A stretch of 64,000 nucleotides of DNA from an uncultured Erysipelotrichaceae bacterium (GCA_946537255.1 CAMNFS010000001.1:31713-95712), one strand, 5' to 3'. Positions 46,896 through 56,779 are shown, counted from the stretch's first letter. Made by a program: numbers and translations. Notes: generated by a model not told the origin, from the letters alone.

Positions 46896-48598
46896 ATGGT
46901 TCTTTCCTTTCTCGCAATCCCGATTTCCTTTTCAATCAGTTCCTCCATCTGTTCCGGAGGCACCGGTTTTGAAAAGTAAAACCCCTGCACAATATCACAG
47001 CCGCTGTCCTTCAGCAGCGTCAGCTGGCCCTTCGTCTCAACGCCTTCCGCAACTACCTTCAGACTCAGATTGGAGGCAATGTCGAGAATCAGTTTCACCA
47101 GTCGGAAACTCGTCTGGCTTGACTCAATATGCCGGACAAACTTCATATCCATTTTAAGCACATCCAAGGGCATTTCGGAAAGCATGTTCAGGGAAGAATA
47201 TCCGGATCCGAAATCATCCATTTCAATATCAAAACCAAGATCACGGAGTTTTCCAAGCACCTCCATGACATGTTTCGCGTTTTCCGTATAGGCACTTTCC
47301 GTCAGTTCCAGTTTCAGCTCCCGGTATTCGAGCTGATTCTCCTTGATCAAAAGATCCAGACGTTCCACAAGATTCTTGTCATAGAAATCCGCCCGGGAAA
47401 GGTTGATCGAGACCGGAAGGGAAAACTGAAACTTCTTTTTCCACGCCGCGATCTGGCGGGAAGCGCATTCCCATACATAGTGATCAACGACCGAAATCAG
47501 ACCGTTCCCTTCAAACAGCGGAATGAACTGACCGGGTGAAATCATGCCGAGTTCCGGATGTTTCCAGCGGATCAGAGCCTCCGCGCTGGAAAGTCTCGGA
47601 GGATCGCACTGAATGTCATATTTGGGCTGATAGTATACCGTAAACTGCTTTTCATCCACCGCGGCCCGAAGATCATTGAGGAGTCTTTGATTCAGCAGTT
47701 CCCGCCGCCGCAGCTCTTCATCATAAATCATCAGCGGATTCTGAAAATTGCCCCGCACCAGGTTGCAGGCGGCTTTGGCCCTGTCAAACATCACGACCGG
47801 CTCCACATCCTCGCCTGCAGGGTTGACACCCATGCGGAGATGCACGCTGACATCCGGTGAAAACGCGTTGATTTCCTCCTGAAACTGGTGCAGCAGCGCC
47901 TGATAGTCTTCCTGCGGCTGACAGTAGATTTCAAAGCGGTCCGCTTCCGCCCGGCAGGCAATTCCCTTCTGACTTTTCAGGAAATCCTGAATGATGGATC
48001 CAAGCATCCGCAGCACCCGGTCTCCGAATTCCCGGCCATGCAGGGCATTGACGGAATGAAACTGCTCCACATTCAGAACCAGCGCATCCATGCCCTTATC
48101 CGAACGGTAGCGGTAAAGCTGTTCCACATATTCGAAAAAGAAACTGCGGGTAAGAAGTCCCGTAAGCCGGTCATGCTCAGCAGCGTTGATCAGCTGTCTG
48201 CCTTCACTCAGTTCAATGATTCTTGCGACCCGGGCAAGAATGACTTCATGCATGTCAAACGGCTTGGTAATGAAATCCGCCGCGCCCATCTGCAGCGCCT
48301 TGAGCTCCGCATTCTTTTCAGCGGTAAGAACGATAAACGGAATCTGCCGCATCTGCTCATCCTTTTTCGCTCTTTCCAGAACTTCAAAGCCGTTGAGCTT
48401 CGGCATGATAAGATCGAGAAGAACAATCGAAAGATCATTCAGGCGTGCTTCAATCACCTGCATCGCCTCTTCGCCATCACACGCGTAAAGCACATCATAA
48501 TCATCTTCCAGGATAATACCGAGTGCATCACGGTTGATTTCCTGATCATCCACGACCAGTACCGTTCTGTGACGGGGAATGAATTTACTGTCTATCAT
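46892..48598 (-). CDS. Response regulator REC-GGDEF(degenerate)-EAL, predicted c-di-GMP phosphodiesterase
   Basis: The REC domain is present (VLVVDDQ...LLDLIMP...TKP). The GGDEF site reads RAEADRF. The EAL motifs are intact (EALIRW, ELTES, DDFGSGYSSL, LKMDMKFV, AEGVET, QGFYFSKP). I prefer the start MIDSKF at 48598. Confidence 0.9.
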   Translation of the reverse strand: MIDSKFIPRHRTVLVVDDQEINRDALGIILEDDYDVLYACDGEEAMQVIEARLNDLSIVLLDLIMPKLNGFEVLERAKKDEQMRQIPFIVLTAEKNAELKALQMGAADFITKPFDMHEVILARVARIIELSEGRQLINAAEHDRLTGLLTRSFFFEYVEQLYRYRSDKGMDALVLNVEQFHSVNALHGREFGDRVLRMLGSIIQDFLKSQKGIACRAEADRFEIYCQPQEDYQALLHQFQEEINAFSPDVSVHLRMGVNPAGEDVEPVVMFDRAKAACNLVRGNFQNPLMIYDEELRRRELLNQRLLNDLRAAVDEKQFTVYYQPKYDIQCDPPRLSSAEALIRWKHPELGMISPGQFIPLFEGNGLISVVDHYVWECASRQIAAWKKKFQFSLPVSINLSRADFYDKNLVERLDLLIKENQLEYRELKLELTESAYTENAKHVMEVLGKLRDLGFDIEMDDFGSGYSSLNMLSEMPLDVLKMDMKFVRHIESSQTSFRLVKLILDIASNLSLKVVAEGVETKGQLTLLKDSGCDIVQGFYFSKPVPPEQMEELIEKEIGIARKERTI

Positions 48599-48620
48599 AA
48601 TCCTTCTGTTCCTTTCCAGA

Positions 48621-50108
48621 TCACGATGGCTGAAGCCACTTTCGAATCGTCGCATACAGGAGTTCAGCGTCCGCCGGCTTGCCCAGATGTTCATTCATGC
48701 CGGCTTCCTTTGTCTGTTTTTTATCACTTTCAAAGGAATTGGCAGTCAGGGCAATAATCGGCACAGTTTTCGCATCAGGCCGGTCCAGTGCCCGGATCCT
48801 GCGGGTTGCCTCAAGGCCGTCCATAACCGGCATGCGAAGATCCATCAGAATCACATCGTAGTAGCCAACGGAAGAATTCCGGAACATCTCAACCGCAATC
48901 TGTCCGTTTTCCGCGTGTTCGCTCTCAGCGTCTTCCAGTTCCAGAAGATCCGCTACGATTTCCGCGTTTTCTTTTACATCCTCTGCAATCAGAATCCGGC
49001 GTCCGGCAAGGCTCACTTCCATCACAGGCTCCGGTATCCGCTCTATTTTAATTCTTTTTACAGGAACTGTCACAGCGAACTCGGTACCCTCATTTTTCCT
49101 GCTGGAAACTTCAATGGTACCTCCCATCCGCTCCACCATGTTTTTGGAAACGGCAAGGCTCAGACCACTGCCTCCATAGCGATCCGTCGCGCTGTCATCC
49201 TCACGGGCAAAAGGATCATAGATATGGGGAAGAAACTCAGGATCAATTCCGATTCCATTGTCACTGATGACAAATTTCAGCACTGCCTGATCATCCGTGC
49301 AGCTGTCACATGAAGCGGTAAAGCGAACCATTCCGCCAGGTGGTGTATATTTCACCGCGTTATCAAGAATGGATAAGAGCACCTGCTTCAGCTGAATCTC
49401 ATCCCCGAGGTATTCTCCTTCCGCATCCGGTTCCAGTCTGCTTTCATAATGGACCCCTTTTTCCTCACTGACTGTATTCGTGATGACATTGACCTGATCC
49501 ACTGCATCCTTCAGCTGAAAGGACTCGCTTCGACCCGACGGTTCCTCGGCATTGAGCTCGTTCATTTTCAGAATATTATCGATAAGTCCGACCATGTGTC
49601 TGGCACTGTGGCCGATCTTTTCCAGGGCCTCCTGTGTTTCCGGAGGGTTTTCCGGGTTTTTAAGAGCCAGACCGTCAAGCCCCAGAATCACATTCATCGG
49701 GGTCCGCATTTCATGACTCATGGTCGCAAGAAACCGTTCCTTGGTTTTCCGCGACTGTTCCGAAGCCATCAGTTCCGCCTCCAGACGCTCATTTTCCATG
49801 ATGTGCTTGGTCACTTCGTCGAGCATCCGGTACATGACAAAAACAAAGATGCTTCCGCCGAAGAGAATCCCGGCAACGATGAGATCAGGATGTCCGAACA
49901 GCCCGACCAAGATATAACCGATGAGAAAAAGAATCAGAAGAATAATCGGCAGACGCAGGATCCGCTCCATTTTCTGCTGTTCTTTATTTTTCTGAACCAC
50001 CTTTGAAAAACGCATGAATCCCCAGATGTTGTAAACCATCAGAACCGAACCGGCAAATATCATTGCCATAACAAGAACTTTCAAAGGATTGTCCTCCTTT
50101 TCGATCAT
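48621..50108 (-). CDS. Hybrid sensor histidine kinase (3-TM membrane sensor, HisKA-HATPase-REC)
   Basis: It has three N-terminal TM helices with minimal loops, the H-box SHEMRTPMNVILG, DNGIGI, GGSGLSL, and a C-terminal REC (LMDLRMPVMDG). Confidence 0.9.
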   Translation of the reverse strand: MIEKEDNPLKVLVMAMIFAGSVLMVYNIWGFMRFSKVVQKNKEQQKMERILRLPIILLILFLIGYILVGLFGHPDLIVAGILFGGSIFVFVMYRMLDEVTKHIMENERLEAELMASEQSRKTKERFLATMSHEMRTPMNVILGLDGLALKNPENPPETQEALEKIGHSARHMVGLIDNILKMNELNAEEPSGRSESFQLKDAVDQVNVITNTVSEEKGVHYESRLEPDAEGEYLGDEIQLKQVLLSILDNAVKYTPPGGMVRFTASCDSCTDDQAVLKFVISDNGIGIDPEFLPHIYDPFAREDDSATDRYGGSGLSLAVSKNMVERMGGTIEVSSRKNEGTEFAVTVPVKRIKIERIPEPVMEVSLAGRRILIAEDVKENAEIVADLLELEDAESEHAENGQIAVEMFRNSSVGYYDVILMDLRMPVMDGLEATRRIRALDRPDAKTVPIIALTANSFESDKKQTKEAGMNEHLGKPADAELLYATIRKWLQPS

Positions 50109-50234
50109 CAGAAACGATTTGCTGCCTGAGAATGAATATGCCTGATATCTTTATTATACTTGACCTTTTGACAGCGTACAGGCACAATTCCTGACAGTCA
50201 TCCGGAAATAAAAGAAAAAGGATCCCGGAAGAAT

Positions 50235-51143
50235 TTACTTCTTATAGGATCCAATACTGTTTTTCCCGCTTTTCTTGACGGAATAGAGCGCTTGGTCCGC
50301 CTTTTCCACAAGGCCGGAGATATCCAGAACATCATTGACCTCATGGATATCGGCAAAACCAATGCTTACCGTGATATCACAGCCGAGCTTTTTTCCTTCC
50401 GCTCCGATTCTTCCAGCCAGATGCTTTAAGCGGTTGTACACCCGCTGTCTTGATCCGGGAAGAATCCCAACAAATTCATCTCCGCCCCAGCGGCAGACCT
50501 GATGTTCATACCGCACCGCCGCAACCAGGCACTCCGCTACCATCTGAAGGACCTGATCGCCGGTATTATGTCCCTTCTCATCATTGATGGCCTTGAAGTT
50601 ATCCACATCCAGAATAAAGAGAGAAGCCTCCTGATAGTCCCGCTTCATATAGTGCTGATGCCACCAGAGGATAAAACTTTCCCGGTTATAGAGGCCGGTG
50701 AGGCGGTCACGGCTTGCCTGCTGAAGCTCACGCCACAGTCTTGTCCGCATCAAAGAGTCGGCATATACCAGCATGACACAGTCCGCTTCATCCTCTCCGG
50801 CGGCCGGAATCATCAGTTCATCTCCATCCCTGAGACTTACCTTCTCATCAGGCTGAAGAAACCGCCCTTCAAACTGAATGCCGTTGGTTGTCGAAGACGC
50901 GGTGAAAACGGTTTTTTTCTCATCTGTGTCAAAGCATCCGTGATTTCTGGATACGAAGCGGTTGACAACGGTAATCTGTGGATTATCCGCACTTCCGGCC
51001 CGGCCGAAAACCTGATGCCCCTTCAATGGAAATTCCGTGATGTTTCTTCCGCTGCATATGAAAAGCACCGGATCACACGCTTCATACAGTTTCCGGGCAT
51101 TTTCATCCCACTTCACATTCAGAACGGTTGTGGTTTCCTCCAT
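50235..51143 (-). CDS. FHA-domain diguanylate cyclase (FHA-GGDEF)
   Basis: It has an FHA core (VFGRAGSADNPQITVVNRFVSRNHGCF...NGIQFEG) and an active-looking GGDEF (RWGGDEFVGI, DVDNFKAINDEKGH). SD AAGGAG lies 6 nt before ATG 51143. Confidence 0.85.
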   Translation of the reverse strand: MEETTTVLNVKWDENARKLYEACDPVLFICSGRNITEFPLKGHQVFGRAGSADNPQITVVNRFVSRNHGCFDTDEKKTVFTASSTTNGIQFEGRFLQPDEKVSLRDGDELMIPAAGEDEADCVMLVYADSLMRTRLWRELQQASRDRLTGLYNRESFILWWHQHYMKRDYQEASLFILDVDNFKAINDEKGHNTGDQVLQMVAECLVAAVRYEHQVCRWGGDEFVGILPGSRQRVYNRLKHLAGRIGAEGKKLGCDITVSIGFADIHEVNDVLDISGLVEKADQALYSVKKSGKNSIGSYKK

Positions 51144-51328
51144 CAAAGACTCCTTATTCCAGTGAATGCCAGACCTTTGTGATTCTCTGCATTCCTTTTG
51201 TTTTCTTTTTAGGATTTGAATTATATCATCCCACCACATGATTTTCCGCCAAGAATTTGTATTATTGCGGAAAAGAGTACTTTTCTTTTCGCTTCTGCTG
51301 TTCTTTCCCGCAGAAGCTGACCGGCTTC

Positions 51329-51958
51329 CTATTTCCGGTAATACCCGCAGTCACAGTACGGTCCGCCTTCCGCCAGGGTATGTTCCCGCACAAATCTCGA
51401 AGCTCCGCCGGCCTCGCTCATGGTGTAATCCAGCCGGCACATGGCCGGAATCAGATCAGACAGTCCATACTCCTTCATGAGCGTACAGATGCCGCACTGA
51501 GTAAACCTTGCCTCATACCCGCGGTTATCGGGATATGGAAGGTATTCCATATTCCAGGAATAGGGATTCCGGTCCCCGGCCCGAAAGGCAGCGGTCTTCT
51601 GCATGGATTTCTGATCAGCATCGGTAAATTTGTTTTTCCCGCTGAGACGGCAGAACAGCTTCATCGGCTCTGTCATCATCGCGCTGCGATAATATTCCGT
51701 AAGTTCTCCGACTTCCGGCCGCTTCGGCATGGACAGCACAAATGCCGTCAGCATCGCGCAGCTGACGATATTCATCAGAAACCGGTCCTTTTTTTCAAAT
51801 TCCGGAAGTTTCCGAATGATTGTCCGATACCGCTGAAAAGCCTTCGCCGTAATTCCATCCGCAGTGTCTGCGTCATAGCCAAGATCCCTGATCAGTCTGT
51901 TACGAAACGATCTTTGAAACAGCATCCACATGCCCATCGGCATTCCTGCATATCGCAT
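51329..51958 (-). CDS. L-2-amino-thiazoline-4-carboxylic acid hydrolase-like family protein
   Basis: The C-terminal Cys-rich signature (FTQCGICTLMKEYGL..AMCRLDY...TLAEGGPYCDCGY) matches my recollection of the ATC-hydrolase (PF14196) family. Confidence 0.6.
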   Translation of the reverse strand: MRYAGMPMGMWMLFQRSFRNRLIRDLGYDADTADGITAKAFQRYRTIIRKLPEFEKKDRFLMNIVSCAMLTAFVLSMPKRPEVGELTEYYRSAMMTEPMKLFCRLSGKNKFTDADQKSMQKTAAFRAGDRNPYSWNMEYLPYPDNRGYEARFTQCGICTLMKEYGLSDLIPAMCRLDYTMSEAGGASRFVREHTLAEGGPYCDCGYYRK

Positions 51959-51979
51959 GGTTTTTTCTTCCCTTCTGTC

Positions 51980-52660
51980 CTATTTCCTGCACACAAAACT
52001 TGCGATCCCTTCCGTACGGGTTACCCGGACTTCCCGATACATCCGCGACAGCCGGCGCTTCAGACTGATTTCCGTTTCATAGGGCGGTGTAAAATAGCCC
52101 GCCGGTTCATAAAAGGTACGGACCATGAAATCCGTTCTCGTACATCCTCCCTGAATATAGAAACAGCCGCAGAATATCCCGTCCTTTTTCAGCACCCGGA
52201 AGGTTTCCCGCCAGGCCGCTTCCTTATCCGCGAAGGCATGAAACCCATTCAGAGAAAGCACAAGATCAAAGCTTTCATCCGCAAACGTGAGTGCCCCTGC
52301 ATCTCCCTTCACAAAGCGGATATTTGTAATACCCGCGGCCCGGGCTTTCTGACAGGCACTGTCCATCATCCGTTCGGAACTGTCCAGACAGGTAATCTCT
52401 GCCTTTGGAATCGACTGATATACCGGCATGGTCAGAACCCCGGTTCCAACCGGTACCTCAAGAAGCCTTCCGGAAAAATCCTCCGGAATACCCGAAAGCG
52501 CCGCTTCAAAACTGCTCAGGGTCTTTTCCTGGTCCATATTCCAGACCATTCTGCAGATGGCTTTGCCGGAAAGAGTCGAGCATGTCATCATTCCATCATA
52601 GAAATCCGCGTTTTTCCCGGTCATCCGGTACGCGTTCCGGATCTGTTCCTTTCTGTCCAT
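51980..52660 (-). CDS. Class I SAM-dependent methyltransferase
   Basis: It has motif I LLEVPVGTGVL and a post-I acidic residue. Length is 226 aa. Confidence 0.85.
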   Translation of the reverse strand: MDRKEQIRNAYRMTGKNADFYDGMMTCSTLSGKAICRMVWNMDQEKTLSSFEAALSGIPEDFSGRLLEVPVGTGVLTMPVYQSIPKAEITCLDSSERMMDSACQKARAAGITNIRFVKGDAGALTFADESFDLVLSLNGFHAFADKEAAWRETFRVLKKDGIFCGCFYIQGGCTRTDFMVRTFYEPAGYFTPPYETEISLKRRLSRMYREVRVTRTEGIASFVCRK

Positions 52661-52663
52661 TTC

Positions 52664-53584
52664 CTACCACTCCCTGATCGCGCGTTTCAGCTGATCCTCA
52701 ATATCCTTTCTTGCGGCCGTGCATTCCTTCGGGTACTGCCGGGCGGCTCTGAAACAAAGTCCCACCACCAGCTCCGATCCGATCGGCAGAATCTGTTTCA
52801 GCATGGATTGCGGAAATACAAAGTGCGTTCCATGTTCATAGGTCAGGGCATGAAAACTGCAGGTATGCGGATGTTCAGAAAGCCGCTTCTGCATTCTGTG
52901 GATATACCGGCATGTATCCCAGAGCGTATCATCCTCAGCACCGATGCAGAAGACCTGTCCCTGAATCCTCTCAACCCCGATCTTCTCTTCTTCCTTCAGC
53001 GGATGAAGCCGTTCGGATTCATCAAACATCTTCCGGGCTGCCGCAAGATTCCTTTCCTCCTTCGCTTCCGCTTCCAGATGGTTCCAGTAATCCGGATGGC
53101 GGTAGGCATACGGAAGATACGGCAGCGCTTTTCCTTTCCATGTCAGAGTGGATTCCCCGTCCGCCGGCCGTTCCCTCGCTCCATCCTTTCCATCCCGTAA
53201 GAAGCCTTCCATGACAAAATCGGAAGGAGACATGGCCATCGTCATTGTCAGTTCCGGAAGATAGGAAGCGGCAGTAAGCGCGATCATCGCCGTCGTGGAT
53301 GCGCCGATGATCCCGGTCTTTGTGCAGCTGACAGACTTCAGAAACCCAATTGCTTTTTCAATCCGCTCCAATGGATAGCTGTGGTATGCATAGGTCTTTT
53401 CCCCGGCAGACATGGCCAGAACATGACAGCCAAGTGCATGCAGGAATCGCACGCCGGTTTTTACGAGAAGATCATCCGAACTGTCCCCGAGCATCAGAAT
53501 CATTCCTTTATGACTTAAGACAGGACAGGGATAATACACGCCATAGAATCCCTGTTCCTTCACACTGCACTTTCGACTCTTCAC
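52664..53584 (-). CDS. Alpha/beta hydrolase (BAAT/acyl-CoA thioesterase C-terminal-like)
   Basis: It has a nucleophile elbow-like GIIGASTTA and alpha/beta-hydrolase length and pattern. The family assignment is tentative. Confidence 0.6.
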   Translation of the reverse strand: MKSRKCSVKEQGFYGVYYPCPVLSHKGMILMLGDSSDDLLVKTGVRFLHALGCHVLAMSAGEKTYAYHSYPLERIEKAIGFLKSVSCTKTGIIGASTTAMIALTAASYLPELTMTMAMSPSDFVMEGFLRDGKDGARERPADGESTLTWKGKALPYLPYAYRHPDYWNHLEAEAKEERNLAAARKMFDESERLHPLKEEEKIGVERIQGQVFCIGAEDDTLWDTCRYIHRMQKRLSEHPHTCSFHALTYEHGTHFVFPQSMLKQILPIGSELVVGLCFRAARQYPKECTAARKDIEDQLKRAIREW

Positions 53585-53711
53585 AATTCCCTCCTGTTAG
53601 TTATGTTTAACTACTACATTATATCCGATCCTCCGGAACCCTGCTTCTTTTCTTCCTTCTGAAAAGCTTTCTGCTGAAAGAAGCGTCTTTTTATTTCAGA
53701 TCGTTCCGAAT

Positions 53712-53746
53712 GAAAAAAGCAGGCCGATCCTTTTGGAATGCCTGCT
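53712..53746 (-). terminator. Terminator after the DUF3990 gene
   Basis: The minus strand has AGCAGGC...GCCTGCT arms followed by T6. Confidence 0.65.
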
Positions 53747-53757
53747 CCATTTCCGTT

Positions 53758-54285
53758 TCATTCCTCACTGATCTCCATCATCACGGCCGAAAACTCGTTC
53801 TGATAGGCTTCTTCCTCTTTCCGCCTGCTTGTTTCATCCAGACGATTGATCTTCTTAGACCCAAGAAAGTGAAGCTGAGCGGCTGCTCTTTCGGTTTTGA
53901 CAGCAGCCTGAATATATTCCGGTCCGATCCGAAGAAGCTTCAGCGCCTCTTCTTCGTTCAGAAACCCGCTGCTGATGATGCCCATGGTATCGAAAATCGT
54001 ATCGTTGGCAATCGGGCCGATGATCACATCCGCATCCAGCGTATCCATCCGGCGGCGGTTCATAAACAGATACCGGTACCATTCCAAAGATCTTTCAAAG
54101 CGATGAATTCTGAGTCCGGTTTCATCCAGTTCATAGGTATTTACGATGGCATCCTTGCCGGCCCAGCGGAGGGTGAACTCCCTGTCCGGAGTCAGGTAGA
54201 ACCCCTGTCCGAAATCGGCATTCTTCCGTCCGTAATGAATATCCGGTTTTTCAATGATCCGATCGCTTGTATGATACAGCTTCAT
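53758..54285 (-). CDS. DUF3990 family protein
   Basis: MKLYHTSDRIIEKPD...ADFGQGFYLTPDREFTLRWA...IIGPIANDTIF matches the DUF3990 pattern as I recall it. Confidence 0.65.
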   Translation of the reverse strand: MKLYHTSDRIIEKPDIHYGRKNADFGQGFYLTPDREFTLRWAGKDAIVNTYELDETGLRIHRFERSLEWYRYLFMNRRRMDTLDADVIIGPIANDTIFDTMGIISSGFLNEEEALKLLRIGPEYIQAAVKTERAAAQLHFLGSKKINRLDETSRRKEEEAYQNEFSAVMMEISEE

Positions 54286-54351
54286 CTTTTTTTCTCTCTT
54301 CCTCATCATAACAGACAGAAAGAGAAGACCCATGTCACCTGCCCGAAAAGA

Positions 54352-55392
54352 TCAGTTCCCCAGAATCACTGTATAAAACAGAACCAATACGGTGATCCAT
54401 CCGGTCAGAAACAGAAAGGCGTGTTTCTTTTCGGCGTGGATGGCAATGAACTCCCGGATCAGAGCGCTGGGCCAGTAGTAGAACGCAACCGGGCTTCCGA
54501 TTCCGGTGCATTTGAGTCCGACCTGTTTGGCATAGCGAAGAGCCCGGTACACATGATAGTTGCTGGTGACAAGGGCGGTATATTTTCTGCCTTCCCTGCT
54601 TTCAATAATCTGCTTGGAATACTGAAGATTCTCCAGAGTGGTACTGGATCTGTCTTCCGGAATGATATCTTTTTCCGGAATTCCCTGTTCCATCAGATAC
54701 CGCTTCATGGCCTCCGCCTCGGAACAGTTTTCATCCTCACCCTTTCCTCCGGATGGAATCAGAATCGGAGGAGTGGGATCCCTTCGGTAGACTTCGATCG
54801 CCTTGTCCACCCTGTCCTTCAGAAGCCTTGTGAGTTCCTCTCCATGAAGCAGACCTGCCCCATGGATGATGACATAGTCAAAATCCTTCTTTCTCGGGAT
54901 AATCTGGAGAAACAGCGTATAGATCATGAAAATCAGAAAGGTCATCGATCCATAGATAATCGTGATGCTCAGAAACGATCCGGCAATAAATGGGAAGGAA
55001 TGGAGAAACTTCTGGGTCGCTTCCCGGCTGAAATTCGTTGAGATTCCAATGATGAGGGAGACAAACGATATCTCTCCGATCAGAATCACAATTCCCAGCA
55101 CCAGAGACAGAAGATGCGGAAGACTGTGCCCTTCCTTCCGAATCATGACAATTCCGTTATGAATAAGAAAAAACGGTGTGACAAGAAGACCGATCATGAC
55201 AAGATTCATGATCCAGACAGCCACTTGCTTGGAATATGGGCCGGCAAGATTGAGCAGAAACGGAATCAGGGCAACCAGCGCAATAAAAAGAAGATTGCAG
55301 TTGCGGTATCTGCTTCTGTCACGGTTGAATGAATAGACAAATAGCAGCCAGCAGATCAGAAAGACGGAACCGGTTATCAGAACTGCAGACAT
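54352..55392 (-). CDS. YdcF/DUF218 family membrane protein
   Basis: Multi-TM N-terminus followed by a DUF218 core (VIIHGAGL...ILIPSGGKG..SEAEAMKRYL...TSNYHVYRA). SD CAGGAGGA precedes ATG 55392. Confidence 0.8.
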   Translation of the reverse strand: MSAVLITGSVFLICWLLFVYSFNRDRSRYRNCNLLFIALVALIPFLLNLAGPYSKQVAVWIMNLVMIGLLVTPFFLIHNGIVMIRKEGHSLPHLLSLVLGIVILIGEISFVSLIIGISTNFSREATQKFLHSFPFIAGSFLSITIIYGSMTFLIFMIYTLFLQIIPRKKDFDYVIIHGAGLLHGEELTRLLKDRVDKAIEVYRRDPTPPILIPSGGKGEDENCSEAEAMKRYLMEQGIPEKDIIPEDRSSTTLENLQYSKQIIESREGRKYTALVTSNYHVYRALRYAKQVGLKCTGIGSPVAFYYWPSALIREFIAIHAEKKHAFLFLTGWITVLVLFYTVILGN

Positions 55393-55504
55393 ACAATTTC
55401 CTCCTGTCTGTTTCAGGTTTCCAAAGCCTTTTGAAAACAATCCTCTGAAAGATCATTCTAGAAGATTCCAAGCCAGTCGGCAAATCAGCAATCCATTTGC
55501 TTTC

Positions 55505-56224
55505 TTACTTTTTATTCAGGAAAACAGACTGGATGATAAGATCCGTGGTTTTCTGAATCTGTTCATCCCCCGTGATCTTCGGTGTTCCATCTCCCATCTG
55601 CGTCCCATAACAGCCAAACTGCGCGTGGTTTCCACCCTCAATCACAAATTCCTTTGTGTTTTCCGGAAGATGAGAATGATTTGCGGCATAGCTTCTCTGA
55701 TTCAGAATCCGATCTTCCGATCCATAGATCACAATCGTGTTCAATGACTCCGGCAGACTGCGTATGCTGTAACTTGCCAGCAGAATCAGACCGTCAAGAT
55801 CATCCGCATGCTTTCCCGCATATTCCGAAGCGATCACTCCGCCAAGAGAATGGCCGCCGATAACCCACGAGGAATAGGAATGTCCTCTGCGGATCCGATC
55901 CGCCGCGTCCATATCGAAAATGGCAAGCCGAAGCGGCATCCTGACCAGAAAGACATCCATGCCCTTTTCCGCAAGACGCTTTAGAAACGGCGCATACGCG
56001 GTCTCCTCTACCTTTCCCCCGGGATAAAAGATGAGTGCCGCTGTTTCCGAAGGACCGTCAAAAAACCATCCGTCTCCCGTTTTTGATACCTGTATCTGAT
56101 CACTGGACGACAGAGCCGCGATCGCTTCCGGGGCAGCGTGATAATATGTTTCAACATAGATCATAGCCGCCAAGAGAACAACCAGAACGATCCCCACAGC
56201 TATCATCCGTTTTCCATGCTTCAT
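55505..56224 (-). CDS. Membrane-anchored alpha/beta hydrolase
   Basis: It has an N-terminal TM helix and the nucleophile elbow GGHSLGG. SD GAGGA precedes ATG 56224. Confidence 0.8.
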   Translation of the reverse strand: MKHGKRMIAVGIVLVVLLAAMIYVETYYHAAPEAIAALSSSDQIQVSKTGDGWFFDGPSETAALIFYPGGKVEETAYAPFLKRLAEKGMDVFLVRMPLRLAIFDMDAADRIRRGHSYSSWVIGGHSLGGVIASEYAGKHADDLDGLILLASYSIRSLPESLNTIVIYGSEDRILNQRSYAANHSHLPENTKEFVIEGGNHAQFGCYGTQMGDGTPKITGDEQIQKTTDLIIQSVFLNKK

Positions 56225-56356
56225 GAAAATCCTCAATTCCTTTGTGCTGTACTTCTTTGACAGTTCCAAGCCGCCTTGATTTTTCTCCGGTTCAGAACCT
56301 CTTTTTTTCTTCAGTAAAGAAACAGCCGGATTTCAGCTGTTTCTGAGGGTTCAGGT

Positions 56357-56779
56357 TTAATTTCCGTCGTAAAACTCGGTTGTGGTTTCATTTGCCTGTA
56401 TCAGAACAGAACTCTGATGGAAGGTATTGATCATATCCCTGCAGGCCGCATGAACCGCATCCATGTCCGTATCACTCAGATAAATCACGAGCGTATATTC
56501 CTGATAGGTAGTATCTCCGTCAACCCATCCGCCTCTGGCGTCAGAAATGGTATATCCTCCGAAATGCTGGATCAGAATCTTTTCCAGTTCCTTTTCTGCC
56601 GTTTCCGGCGGAAAAACCGGCTGATTGCTATCCTTGTCGTTTGTGCCAAGATACAGTACGTACTGTACATCCTTCTTTGCGGATGAAGAAGGAATCAGTG
56701 TTCTGGCAAGACTGATCAAAGACATGCAGAGTGAGAGTGCCGCAAGAACAGCAGTAATGATTCCGGTTTTCTTTTCCAT
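56357..56779 (-). CDS. Hypothetical membrane-anchored/secreted protein
   Basis: It has an N-terminal hydrophobic helix (GIITAVLAALSLCMSLISL) and a roughly 110-aa soluble domain. SD GGAGGA lies 4 nt before ATG 56779. I recognise no family. Confidence 0.55.
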   Translation of the reverse strand: MEKKTGIITAVLAALSLCMSLISLARTLIPSSSAKKDVQYVLYLGTNDKDSNQPVFPPETAEKELEKILIQHFGGYTISDARGGWVDGDTTYQEYTLVIYLSDTDMDAVHAACRDMINTFHQSSVLIQANETTTEFYDGN

